The notes beneath the pieces were generated by a model. It made no database searches. It was given only the letters and a program-made list of their open reading frames with translations, and was not told where the DNA came from. From Nitrosopumilus sp. (lineage in GTDB: Archaea > Thermoproteota > Nitrososphaeria > Nitrososphaerales > Nitrosopumilaceae), in the NCBI GenBank assembly GCA_965205675.1, contig OZ242186.1, positions 832,001 through 896,000 on the forward strand: a DNA stretch of 64,000 nt. The letters are read 5' to 3'. Shown one piece after another: positions 51,251 through 62,069 of this stretch. The position numbers and the translations under genes were made by a program. Numbering within the stretch: position 1 is the stretch's first letter; every line of letters starts with the position of its first letter.

Positions 51251-51744
51251 ATGAATAAGCTAAAGTATAGACGTCTTGCGTAATTATTTCTAGGCGTGAA
51301 TTTTGTTGCAGGATTTTTCAAATTGGTTGAGAAATTTGAATTTTCAGGTATGAATTCTGTTAAAATACAAAATTTGAGAAAAAATCTCTATAATTACGCA
51401 AGAGGTCTTATGCAATACTATTCACTCTAATATTAATTCCTGTAGCAATGGGTGATACTTTGGCTCAAAGTGTCAATGATGATTTTGCCATATCAAATAG
51501 TACCTTGTCTGGATTTATTTCTGATGATGAACCGATAGGCCCTGTAGGCATAGTCAGCGAACTGTACAAGGTACACAGTGATGTTACTGATGTAATCATC
51601 GAGAACACACTTGCAATAAACAGTGTAGGGTACGTAGATGAGCAAGTATATCTTGAGGGCACGTGGGTTGATGAGGCAAAAAACAAGCTAGTCTTATTGC
51701 TAGACCCGGTGCAGGCCCTTGATCCTTTAGACATTGGTGACATA
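51251..51744 (+). pseudogene. Secreted-protein gene interrupted by a MITE in its signal peptide and truncated by IS630-B
   Basis: Removing the MITE plus one TAT restores MNKLKYAILFTLILIPVAMGDTLAQS... in frame with ORF 51448. Confidence 0.75.
51269..51408. mobile_element. 140-bp MITE with IS5-a termini
   Basis: AGACGTCTTGCGTAATTAT...ATAATTACGCAAGAGGTCT, flanked by a TAT direct repeat; non-coding interior. Confidence 0.88.
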
Positions 51745-53980
51745 TACCTCGGAGCATAATTCTTTGCAATTTTTCAAAACAAATAGCAATACTTTTTGAT
51801 CAGTAGTTGGAAATAATTTCATGGACATCACAAATGACGAGTTACTCCAGGCCTACAAAAAAGAAAAGTACGGTAAGAAAAAGGAAAGACTGCATGCAAT
51901 GTGTATATAGTTTAGGCATATAAATTTTGAACGAATTATCAACTATTTTAACCCAAAAGATCTAGATCATAGTTTATACTTACAGAATCATGTCAAAACA
52001 AACTAAAGCATTAATGGTATCTTCAGGAAGCCATTTCATGAAAGGAACAAGCATTAATTTTTTAAGAAAAACATGCCAGAATGAAAAAAATGCAAAAGCG
52101 AAGATAAGATTAAAGGCTGCAATACTAAGAAAACAAGATATTCCGTATTCTGTGATATGTGCCAGTTTGGATGTCATACCATCAACTCTGTCCTACTGGC
52201 TAAATCGAATGGATAAAGAGGGAATAACTGCATCACGCCGCAAGAAATATTCTGGCTCTAGATGTTTCTTAAATAAAAAACAACTAGTGTCATTAAGAGA
52301 TGATCTAATTTCAGGTCCAGAAAAGTTTGGATTCAATCAATTCATGTGGAGTACAAGAATGGTAATTACACATGTGAATAAAAAATACAACACGCTATAC
52401 TCTGCAAGAGGAATGCGTGAATTGCTGCACAGAATCGGATTCTCATCTAAAAAACCAAGACAGACTCATCACAAATCAGCCTCAAAAGAGGAACAAACCC
52501 GTTTTAAAAAAACGCAAAAAGGAGTATCAAAAAATATTCCAAATTGGGATACACCACACTATGTCTGGACGAGTCAACAAATAAAGTAGCACCCAACATA
52601 AAGCGCGGATGGTATCTTGCAGGCAATAACATTACCACACCAATTAATTACACTCGAGAAAAATTTCAATCATTTGGTGCATTGGGCAATAACGGTGTAT
52701 TTTTTTGCAGGTTCTATGATAAATCAAACACAGACTCATTTCTTGATTTTTTAGAATCACTGCAAAAACAATTTGGTAAGAAATTGTTACTGTTTGCAGA
52801 TAATGCATCATACCACAAAAGTGTCCGAGTAAAAGAATTTCTCAAAGCACCAAAAAATAAAGTAATAATTAGATATTTTCCTGCATACACTCCAGAACTC
52901 AATCCAATTGAGATACAGTGGAGAGAAGAGAAAAATGGTAATGCCAATACATTCTTTGCAAATGGAACTGAAATGAGAAAACACATGCAGAAGAGACTAG
53001 ATAATGGAGGGTTCGAGTTGTTAAAGTGTTCAAATATTTAATGCCTTAACTATAATTAAGATCAACGAATCCACAATTGCTGAAACTGCAAGCCAAATGT
53101 TTTGTACCTACAATTCTGTAAGGAACTGGCTTGATTCATTTGAAAAATACGGACTAGAGGGCATGGAGGATCTCACTCGTTCTGGCCGTCCACCATTAAT
53201 CTCACACAAAAAATTACAAAAAATAGAGCGTACATTTAAGAAAATTTCAGACGACATGACTCCAAAAAAACTGATGCAATTCATATTTTACAGAACACGC
53301 ATTACATATCATATCACTCACGTGCGTCGTTTGATGCACAAATGGAATCTAAAACCAAAGGTTCCACAAAAACTACATGTACGTGCCGCATCCAAGGATA
53401 CATGCTGCAAGTGGAAAAACCGCATCATTTCACGCATAGAAAAGGCAAAAAAGAAAGGTTTTACAGTATTCATCCAAGACGAGTCTGTATTTGTAGACGA
53501 TGTACGTCTTGGTAAAAAATACTGGACAGATGCACACCAAAGAATGATTGTACGTTGGAGAGGATCGCACCAAAGATTTTTGGTTTATGGAAATGATGAT
53601 AATCAAAGTTTTTTTAGATCGTATGAAAAATTTAATTCAATTGCATTTATAGATTATTTGGAAGCAGCTCGTAGAAAATTTGGAAAAATATTTGTTATCG
53701 TCGATAGAGCACCGCAACACAAAGCTAATGATGTAAAAAAATATCTGCGTAAAAACAAAGATGTCAAACTGGCATATCTTCTGAGAGGCTCCCCGCATTT
53801 GAGTATGATTGAAGAGATTTGGAGACAGTGCAAACATGTTAATGTTGAATCAGAATTTTATGAATCTATTCATGAAATGAGGCATACAGTTATGGAATAT
53901 TTTAGAACCCACAAATTTAATCTGAATATGTATCAGTATTTTGTAAGAACAGTAAATTGAAAAGACTTATGATCTGGGTA
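51745..53980 (+). mobile_element. IS630-family type B, full length but interrupted by IS630-C
   Basis: TA-flanked ends TACCTCGGAGCATAA / TTATGATCTGGGTA; ORF remainder 53097-53960 (QDES, VDRAPQH, SPHLSMIE). Confidence 0.9.
51908..53052 (+). mobile_element. IS630-family type C, two ORFs joined by a probable -1 frameshift
   Basis: TA duplication inside IS630-B; TIRs TAGTTTAGGCAT / ATGCCTTAACTA; ORFs 51990-52589 and 52544-53041; slippery TTTTAAAAAAA at ~52502. Confidence 0.92.
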
Positions 53981-54196
53981 TACAAAAACGATAAAATCCT
54001 TGATCAATATCGTGAGATTGCCAAATCCCTGAATTTTGATTTTAAAAAAATTCATTGCATATAACAAAAGTTTTGTGGGCTATACTTTTGGAGAAAGTTG
54101 TTCATGATGAAATTCTCCCCCCAAGTTAACTTTCAAGTATTTGTGTCATAATGGTCATGATACTGGCAATCATAAAATTCCTAAAGTAAAAGAGTT

Positions 54197-55024
54197 CTAA
54201 TCTGGATTTATTTTACAACTTCCATCTAAATTTCGTAATTTTTTTGCCATTACATATGGAGTTACAAGTAATATTGGAATTGAAATCGAAATGAATAACG
54301 TCTGTAATTCTACTAATGCAATTGACAATGCAATTCCACTAGCTGTTCCAACAAATATTGACAAAAATGATCCTGCACAAGTTGGACATGCAATGAATAA
54401 TCCTACTATTGCTCCTACACTACTTGCACCTCTGCCTTTCTTTGAAATTGTATATGCATTTACTGCAATTGCTGCATTTAATCCTACCAGGTATGATACA
54501 ATAATTTGTAGTATTAAATTGATTGGAATTATATTTAATCCGATGTGTTCTGTGAGATATATGATAATCTGAGGCATATATCCTGGCTTTTCATCACAAC
54601 ATGGTGCAATAAAACCTGATGGGATTACAGCTCCGTAGTGATAAGAAAAATCCACTTCTGGTTGGTAAACCAGTGTTCCCGATACTAGTGAAAAAAATAC
54701 TCCATACCCAATAAATGTGGCAATAAAGATTTTTCGGGATTTGGAATTCCATGTTGTTAGCGCAATTATTGAAGAAAGATCTTTGTCTTTTTTCTCTACT
54801 TTTTCCCTATGGTATCTGTACATGCCTAATGCAATAGCTCCAAAAGATACTATCATAATCATATAAAATCCATAAGATATTCTTTGTATGATGTCAAGTA
54901 CACTTGGTGTTAAAAGCCCCGAGTCTTGATATCTGCTATACATCAAAAATAAAATTCCGATGGTAAGACCGCCTAGAATGATTAATCTTTTGCCTTGATT
55001 GGAACTCTTAACTTGCATAGTCAT
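54197..55024 (-). CDS. Multi-pass membrane protein with PCC and CPTC motifs
   Basis: About 6 TM segments; IAPCC and IACPTCAG. Confidence 0.8.
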   Translation of the reverse strand: MTMQVKSSNQGKRLIILGGLTIGILFLMYSRYQDSGLLTPSVLDIIQRISYGFYMIMIVSFGAIALGMYRYHREKVEKKDKDLSSIIALTTWNSKSRKIFIATFIGYGVFFSLVSGTLVYQPEVDFSYHYGAVIPSGFIAPCCDEKPGYMPQIIIYLTEHIGLNIIPINLILQIIVSYLVGLNAAIAVNAYTISKKGRGASSVGAIVGLFIACPTCAGSFLSIFVGTASGIALSIALVELQTLFISISIPILLVTPYVMAKKLRNLDGSCKINPD

Positions 55025-55054
55025 GATCTTTATTATAAGAAATTAAATCCTACC

Positions 55055-56905
55055 TTAACTGAGTTTGGGAACAAAAATGTAGATAATTGCAATTATTTCC
55101 AATCTGCCAAAAATCATCAAGAATCCCAACACTATTTTTGTTGCAGGATCTGTGTCAAAATCAATTACCCCTGCAGATAGTCCTCCAGTTGTAATCACAC
55201 CTGCTGCTTCAAAAAATGCATCTTGGAATGGAACGTCTTCTATTGCCGCAAGATGTAATCCTGTAATTGCTGAAATTGTCGGAAATAATGCCAAAATGAT
55301 TAGGGTGGAGATGAGTTCTTTTTTTGATTGACTTGAAAGTTCTGCCCTTTTTACTTTGTTTAGAAATGGTCGAATATCTCTTAGATGGAATAATCTAAAT
55401 ATCTTTAAACCTCCTGCAGTTGAAAATCCACAACCTCCCACAAACATCAAAATTACCAAAATCGTATGTGATATCCCGTTTAATCCTGCAAGGCTTTCTA
55501 TTTGTAACCCTGCCGTAGTACTAGCTGATACCGAATAAAATGCACTCTGCATTGGTTCTAGACCGCTAACTGCTATAAACAAAATAGTCGCACTGCCTAA
55601 AATTGCAAAGTATGTCAAAACTTCTTTTCCAAGTTTTGGTGAAAGGAATTTCTTTCTTACAAATGCATAGTGAAATGTAAATGGTAATGCTCCTAGTATC
55701 ATTGCACCCATCAAAATCACATCTTCTTGCCAAACTAGATTATCTAGAATTGTCGATGTCGGTGTAAATCCTCCTGTCGCCAAAGTACTCATCGCCAATG
55801 AGAAATTATCTATCATTGACAGTGAAAAAATATCTATAATGTTACCTTCTCCAAATATGTGCAGCAAAAATGCCACAATTATAATGTAAATTGCAAAGAT
55901 GACTGTAATAGTTAAGAATAACTCCTTCATATGTAGTGTTCTGCCAGAAATAAAACCACGCATTGATTGTAATTTTGATTCTGGATAGAATGCGGTAATC
56001 ACTAGATAAATGAAACTCATTCCTCCTACCAGTTGAGTATAGCTTCGGAAAAATGTAAAACTTTGAGAGAGTTGTTCTGGTTCATCAAATAATGATATTC
56101 CTCCAGTGGTAAATCCTGCTGCACTGGAGAAAAATGCATTACCAAACACTTCCACGCTGGTCTCGTCACTTGGGAATACATACAGATACGGGACTGTTCC
56201 AAACAATGATAGCAAAAAGAGGCTTGAAAATACTAAAATTGACGCCTGTTGCAAATTAAGACTTGATTTTTCACCATAAGAATTTAAAAAAAACCCTGTA
56301 ACTAGTAAAAGCACTGTTGTAAGATAAATTCCTGTTGCAGTTGTTGTATCCTCTAGAACGGTTGCAACTATGGCTGGAACTAAAAGTAAAACTCCTGCAA
56401 ATTGTAACACAAATCCAAGATTACCTAAAACTGCTTTTACTGGTGGACTAAGTAAACGAGGTGCTGTTGCAGTTGCATCTCTAATTACGTTTGCAATAAC
56501 TGTTTGAAAAATCATTCCGATTACTTGATTTTTCTTTGATATTACAGGAAGCTTTCTAATGTTATTATCTCTCATTTTGTGTAATGCATCTTGTAATGTT
56601 AATTTTTCATTAATTGTAATCAGTGGCGTACTCATGATATCTTTTAGCGTTGTAGCTTCTGCGTAAACTGTGACGTCACTCACTTTACTTAGAATGTCCT
56701 CGTCTGTAACAATTCCTACTGGGAGATTATCTTTATCTGTAACTATAATGTCATCTGTTTCATAGTGACGCAGCATTCTTGCAGCCTCTCTAGTTTGTGT
56801 GTTTGATCCTAGAATTAGCACATCATTATCCATGTAGTTTGTTACAGATTTACTAAGAACGTATGATACGGCACGTTCTGGATTAGTTGACATTAAAGCT
56901 ACCAT
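55055..56905 (-). CDS. trkH: TrkH-type K+ transporter with N-terminal tandem CBS domains
   Basis: CBS pair (VGIVTDEDI, IRKLPV); pore motifs TTGG, ATGG, TTAG, TTGG; MIFGRLEI. Confidence 0.88.
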   Translation of the reverse strand: MVALMSTNPERAVSYVLSKSVTNYMDNDVLILGSNTQTREAARMLRHYETDDIIVTDKDNLPVGIVTDEDILSKVSDVTVYAEATTLKDIMSTPLITINEKLTLQDALHKMRDNNIRKLPVISKKNQVIGMIFQTVIANVIRDATATAPRLLSPPVKAVLGNLGFVLQFAGVLLLVPAIVATVLEDTTTATGIYLTTVLLLVTGFFLNSYGEKSSLNLQQASILVFSSLFLLSLFGTVPYLYVFPSDETSVEVFGNAFFSSAAGFTTGGISLFDEPEQLSQSFTFFRSYTQLVGGMSFIYLVITAFYPESKLQSMRGFISGRTLHMKELFLTITVIFAIYIIIVAFLLHIFGEGNIIDIFSLSMIDNFSLAMSTLATGGFTPTSTILDNLVWQEDVILMGAMILGALPFTFHYAFVRKKFLSPKLGKEVLTYFAILGSATILFIAVSGLEPMQSAFYSVSASTTAGLQIESLAGLNGISHTILVILMFVGGCGFSTAGGLKIFRLFHLRDIRPFLNKVKRAELSSQSKKELISTLIILALFPTISAITGLHLAAIEDVPFQDAFFEAAGVITTGGLSAGVIDFDTDPATKIVLGFLMIFGRLEIIAIIYIFVPKLS

Positions 56906-57024
56906 AGTTATGGATTTTAAATAATTTGGGGTTAAACATGAGTGTTGATCGTTAAAAAATAATTTACCTATTCATGTTATTGAAATTGATCTTAAACTTT
57001 TTGCTATCTTTATAAGCACTAAAG

Positions 57025-57474
57025 TTGATATTCATGCGTAATACGATGAAAATTGATCAAGCACAAGAGCCTGATTATGACTCTGTAAAAATTAATTATG
57101 TTGGATTCGTTGATCCTTATGCCGTAGAGGGCATGGTTGTCCTAAAAGCTGATAATGGAAAAGAATTCCATATGAGAGCTTTTTCAGGCGAAGTTGCAAA
57201 ACACATCTCAAGTTTTGGCGAGACTGAAGGTAAAGTTGCTCCATCTATCTACAAAATGATTGAGGAAATCTGTGAGGAAAATGAATTGGTTTTAGTCAAA
57301 GTTAAAATCTATGAAAGCGGTGATGTGTTGCGTGCAAATTTGTATTTTACAGGCAAAAAAGACTTGGTATTGCGAAATTATCGTGCTTCAGACGCTATGG
57401 CACTAGGTGTATTTTACAACATCCCTATTCTTGTTAGAAAGAATCTTTTAAAAGAAAGCATAGAGGCTGAATAA
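57025..57474 (+). CDS. Bifunctional nuclease-domain (DUF151) protein
   Basis: R-x-SDA-x-AL...PILV motif. Confidence 0.78.
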   Translation: MIFMRNTMKIDQAQEPDYDSVKINYVGFVDPYAVEGMVVLKADNGKEFHMRAFSGEVAKHISSFGETEGKVAPSIYKMIEEICEENELVLVKVKIYESGDVLRANLYFTGKKDLVLRNYRASDAMALGVFYNIPILVRKNLLKESIEAE

Positions 57475-57717
57475 AATCGCATTTGATTAGAATGGTTTCT
57501 CTTTTATCTCTTTGACGGGAAATCCTAAATGAAGAAGAAATATCCATATATAGTTTAGGCATATAAATTTTGAATAAACTGTCAAGTATTTTAACCCAAA
57601 AGATCTAGATCGTAGAATCAATTAATGAAACCATGTCAAAGAGTACAAGACAATCCAAGGTTTCCTCTGGGAATCAATTCATGAAAGGTACAAGCATTAA
57701 TTTTTTGAGAAAAGCAT

Positions 57718-59037
57718 CAGTAGATGGGAAAGTAACTCAATTTAGATCAAAAACTATCAATTATTCAATCAATCTATTCAGATAGAAAAAGCTTGATGGA
57801 AGTATGTCACTCCATCAAATATGCATTGTACTTCATTTGATACCATGACACACCAAGGCGTGATACTATCTAAAGCATTTGAGATTATCACTAAAATAAT
57901 GTACAATATCTTGTTGTTTCCATGCTCTAGTAAAAATAACTCACGGTTCCACAATGCAGATGCACACAATTCTATCATGTCATTGTGTTTGGGAAATTCA
58001 TATTCTGAATCTGGATTAAAGAGACTGGCAATGGAATCAGATAATGCTTCTCCAACTGGTTTCATGGTTGAGAAAAATCATATCAAAAATATCACAAAAA
58101 ACAATGCAAATTCAATTACATCAGTCACTAGATAGTACAGTATCAAAATTACAAGAACTGGGAGTATTGGAACAACCAGTTACTGTAGCAATTGACAAAC
58201 ATCTAATCCCAAGATATGACAAATTGCCAAACCATTCTTTAATAAAATCAAAATCAAAAAACAGTACTACTCATTTTGAGAGTTACTGCACCATGCAGTG
58301 CGTTGAAAAAAGAATCAGGGCTCAATTAGGTTGCTATCCTTTGTATGACAACAAATCAAATGCCGATTTTGTGCGTAAATTACTCTCTGATGGCATCAAT
58401 AATGGAATCAAGATTAAACTATTGCTAGTGGATAGGGAGTTTTTCACAGCTGGAACAATTTCAGAAATAAAACAAAAGAATCTGAAATTTCTAATGCCTG
58501 CAAAAAAGAATTCTCGAATCAAAGATGCAATTGTACAATACGTTAATGGAGATAGAAAGTCAATCTCGCCATACACAATAAAATCATCATCAGGACATGT
58601 AGAATCATTTAATCTAGTTATTCTGCCAAACAAAAATGCAAGAAAAAAATCAGATATTATTGATCAGTATGTTGTGTTTGCAACAAACGTTTCACCAAAA
58701 GAAATATCATATAACATACAAAACATTCCAACTGATTACAAGAAACGTTGGGGGATTGAAACAGGCTATGCATGTGTGGGAAGGTTCAGACCAAAAACCA
58801 CCAGTTCAAACCAATCCATAAGATTGTTGTATTTTTACTATTCATTGATTTTGTACAATGCATGGATAATTGCTAATTTGATTATCTCAGAAGAAACTAA
58901 TGTACAAAATCACAAACCAATAATATCAATTGAAATTCTCAAATATTTCTTTGTAAAGATAATTATTCATTATTTTAGAAATAACAAAAATAATTATTTT
59001 CTAGAATGTGTAACTTGAGTTACTTTCCCATCTACTG
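57718..59037 (+). mobile_element. ISH3-family element, full length, 1-nt frameshift near 58060
   Basis: Perfect 23-bp TIRs CAGTAGATGGGAAAGTAACTCAA; 5-bp TSD AGCAT; VAIDKH, VDREF, YKKRWGIETGY. Confidence 0.92.
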
Positions 59038-59939
59038 AGCATGCAAGAATGAAAAAAATGCAAAAGCAAAGATAAGATTAAAGGCTGCAATACTAAGAAA
59101 ACAAAATATTCCGTATTCTGTGATATGTGCAAGTCTGGATGTCATACCATCAACTCTGTCCTACTGGCTAAATCGAATGGATGAAGAGGGAATATCTGCA
59201 TCACGCCGCAAGAAATATTCTGGTTCTAGATGTTTTTTAAATGAAAAACAACTAGTATCATTAAGAAATGATCTGATTTCAGGTCCTCAGAGATTTGGAT
59301 TTAATCAATTCATGTGGAGTACAAGAATGGTAATTACACATGTGAATAAAAAATACAACACCCTATACTCTGCACGTGGAATGCGAGAATTGCTACACAG
59401 AATTGGATTTTCATCTAAAAAACCACGTCCCACACATCATAAATCAGCCTCAAAAGAGGAACAAACCCGTTTTAAAAAAACGCAAAAAGGAGTATCAAAA
59501 AATATTCCAAATTGGGACATATCACACTATGTCTGGATGAGTCAACAAACAAGATAGCACCTAACATAAAGCGCGGATGGTATCTTGCAGAGAATAACAT
59601 TACCACACCAATTAATTACACTCGAGAAAAATTTCAATCATTTGGTGCATTGGGGAATAACGGTGTATTTTTTTGCAGGTTCTATGATAAATCAAACACA
59701 GACTCATTTCTTGATTTCTTAAAATCCTTGCAGAAACAATTTGGTAAGAAACTGTTATTATTTGCAGACAATGCATCATACCACAAAAGTGTCAGAGTAA
59801 AAGAATTTCTCAAAGCATCAAAAAGAAATGTAATCATAAGATATTTTCCTGCATACACTCCAGAACTCAATCCAATTGTGGAGTGGACCCCTGTTTTTAG
59901 TACCACTTTTTGCATAATCTTACATACAGTCTGATTCAT

Positions 59940-60761
59940 TTATGTTTTCATCTCCCATAACTCCATGAATTCATCAGGAGTAAGGTATCCTAACGCAGAA
60001 TGAATCCTGGAACCATTGTAATCGATTCGTGCTTTCTCTAGAGCAACTTCGGCTTCCTGATAGTTTGCAAACTCGTACCTCCACAAGTATTCCTTCTTGA
60101 GTGTTTTGTGGAATGATTCGACATGTCCGTTTTGTTCTGGCGTGTGGTGCCAGATGAATTCGTGTCTTATTCCAAGTAGAACAACTGCTTTTCTGAAATC
60201 TCGGCTGTTGTATTGCGAACCGTTGTCAGTTCTGAGAATCAGTTTTGTGCAATCAGGCTTTGCAGTAGCTACTGCATTAATGATGCTGTTAATTGCAGTG
60301 CTCTTTGGAGCTGCCACATCAAATGAATGCCAAATCCATTTCCTGCTAAATGCATCAATCACGTTAAAGCAGTAGCACCATCTGTCAACTCCACACCAGA
60401 CATAGGTGATGTCTGTCTGCCACAACTGGTTTGGTGCATCAGGCTTGAATAATGTTCTGGCAGATTTGATGATGTCATTTTTGGTCTTTTTAGGCTCAAT
60501 CCAGCCCAATTTGTGAAATATTCTTCTGATTTGTTTTCTGTTTACAGGCTTGTTCAGTTCCCTTGAGACTTGGGATGCCATGCGTCTGGTTCCATAAGTT
60601 GGCCTTTGTTTTCCAATCTTTTGAACTACATCAGTTACTGCAGGATCTGTCTGAATCCTTCTTGGTGACTTTGAGTAATACCATTTGGATTTTGAGACTC
60701 CAATTAATAACAATGACTTGTTCAAACTGATGTGTTTGTTCAGTTGATTCACTGCAGTCAT
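59940..60761 (-). CDS. IS3 OrfB DDE transposase
   Basis: WQTDITY, RTDNGSQY, QNGHVESFHKTLKKE, HSALGYLTP. Confidence 0.93.
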   Translation of the reverse strand: MTAVNQLNKHISLNKSLLLIGVSKSKWYYSKSPRRIQTDPAVTDVVQKIGKQRPTYGTRRMASQVSRELNKPVNRKQIRRIFHKLGWIEPKKTKNDIIKSARTLFKPDAPNQLWQTDITYVWCGVDRWCYCFNVIDAFSRKWIWHSFDVAAPKSTAINSIINAVATAKPDCTKLILRTDNGSQYNSRDFRKAVVLLGIRHEFIWHHTPEQNGHVESFHKTLKKEYLWRYEFANYQEAEVALEKARIDYNGSRIHSALGYLTPDEFMELWEMKT

Positions 60762-61048
60762 CTTTTCTGGTTCTCCAACGTTTTTTTTAAAATGTCATTG
60801 GCAATTGTGATCTCGCCGATTAGTTTTTTGAGGGAATCATTTTCCTTTTGCAGATTCTTGCAGACATCTCCGTTTGGTGTGCCATTTAATGATGCCTTGC
60901 CACCTTCTACAAATCGTTCCCTCCATTGGTAGAATGTCTGTGGATGAATATTGTACTTTCTGCACAACTCTGCAGTTGCAATGTTTGTGTTTAGTGACTC
61001 TAAAACCACTCTTGACTTTTCTGCTGATGTGAATTTGCTCTTTACCAT
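60758..61048 (-). CDS. IS3 OrfA (HTH + leucine zipper)
   Basis: AELCRKYNIHPQTFYQW; A8 slippery run before the orfB overlap. Confidence 0.9.
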   Translation of the reverse strand: MVKSKFTSAEKSRVVLESLNTNIATAELCRKYNIHPQTFYQWRERFVEGGKASLNGTPNGDVCKNLQKENDSLKKLIGEITIANDILKKTLENQKR

Positions 61049-61371
61049 GAGGGTAAGCCTCCCAAGTTATCTGAAAAGTGTATGTATGGGACTGGTCCTA
61101 CTCTAGAGGGGACCAGACCAATTGAGGTACAGTGGAGAGAAGAGAAAAATGGTAATGCCAATACATTCTTTGCAAATGGAACTGAGATGAGAAAACACAT
61201 GCAGAAGAGACTAGATAATGGAGACGTTCGAGTTGTGAAATTATTCAAATATTTAATGCCTTAACTATATTTTATGTTTGATGAATCTAAAAATAAACAT
61301 TATCGTGCAAAACTCCTTTAGATCTATTATGATGATGTTTGAGTTTTGAACTTGTTAAAAATAAATTCTTC

Positions 61372-61602
61372 TTAAACTTTCAATCGAAATTTCTCATATG
61401 CTTCTCTTGATAATTTAATTTGCTTAAGAATTTCATTAATCAAACCTCTGCCTAATATCTCATTACCGTGCACTGGAACGACTGTTTTACGACCATCATT
61501 ATGAACATATCTTACATGACTTCCAACTTGATGAATTCTTGTAAAACCTATTTTTTCAACAATTTTACACATATCTCTACCAGAAATAAGATTGAGTTTC
61601 AT
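61372..61602 (-). CDS. hicA: HicA-family toxin
   Basis: QVGSHVRY...TVVPVHG..LGRGLINEILKQ. Confidence 0.9.
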   Translation of the reverse strand: MKLNLISGRDMCKIVEKIGFTRIHQVGSHVRYVHNDGRKTVVPVHGNEILGRGLINEILKQIKLSREAYEKFRLKV

Positions 61603-61814
61603 TATGCTTGAATCTGTTGTATTCCCACAAATCTCAAGGGTTCTATATTCTCATCTTTGTTGCAAGATGATATTGCTTCTTTGATTCTCTCTGTTGCTTC
61701 TGCTACTGTTTTTCCTTGTGTGTAACAGCCTGAGATGTCTGGAACCTTTGCTACATACATACCATCTTCATCCTGTTCTATAATTACGGTGTATGTTTTT
61801 CCTTGTGTGCTCAT
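61602..61814 (-). CDS. hicB: Short HicB-family antitoxin without DNA-binding domain
   Basis: YTVIIEQDEDGMYVAKVPDISGCYTQGKTVAEA. Confidence 0.9.
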   Translation of the reverse strand: MSTQGKTYTVIIEQDEDGMYVAKVPDISGCYTQGKTVAEATERIKEAISSCNKDENIEPLRFVGIQQIQA

Positions 61815-62069
61815 ACGATAGAATACTTTGATATTTCTTTAAACTCTTACGATCTATCTTTTGATTTTTTAGATGATTTTATGATTTGTCAGGCGTGAAT
61901 AAATTACGGATAACAGATCTCCAGAATACCGCCGAGGACACTCTTAATCGTATGTATCAAGCCTCACGTCTAGAATTTGTTTTTAGTTTCCATTTTTGTT
62001 CCTGATGGGATGGATGACCTTATTCATACTCTTAATCTTGTTTAAATCCATCTTTTTACCTTATACACT

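Larger units (their letters stand above)
59879..61120 (-). mobile_element. IS3-family element, apparently intact
   Basis: TG...CA ends (TGGAGTGGACCCCT / TGGTCTGGTCCCCT), 4-bp TSD ATTG, orfA+orfB. Confidence 0.93.
57551..61267 (+). mobile_element. IS630-C copy interrupted by ISH3 and IS3
   Basis: Same TIRs as 51908-53052; segments 57551-57717, 59038-59878 and 61121-61267 join into one element. Confidence 0.92.
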
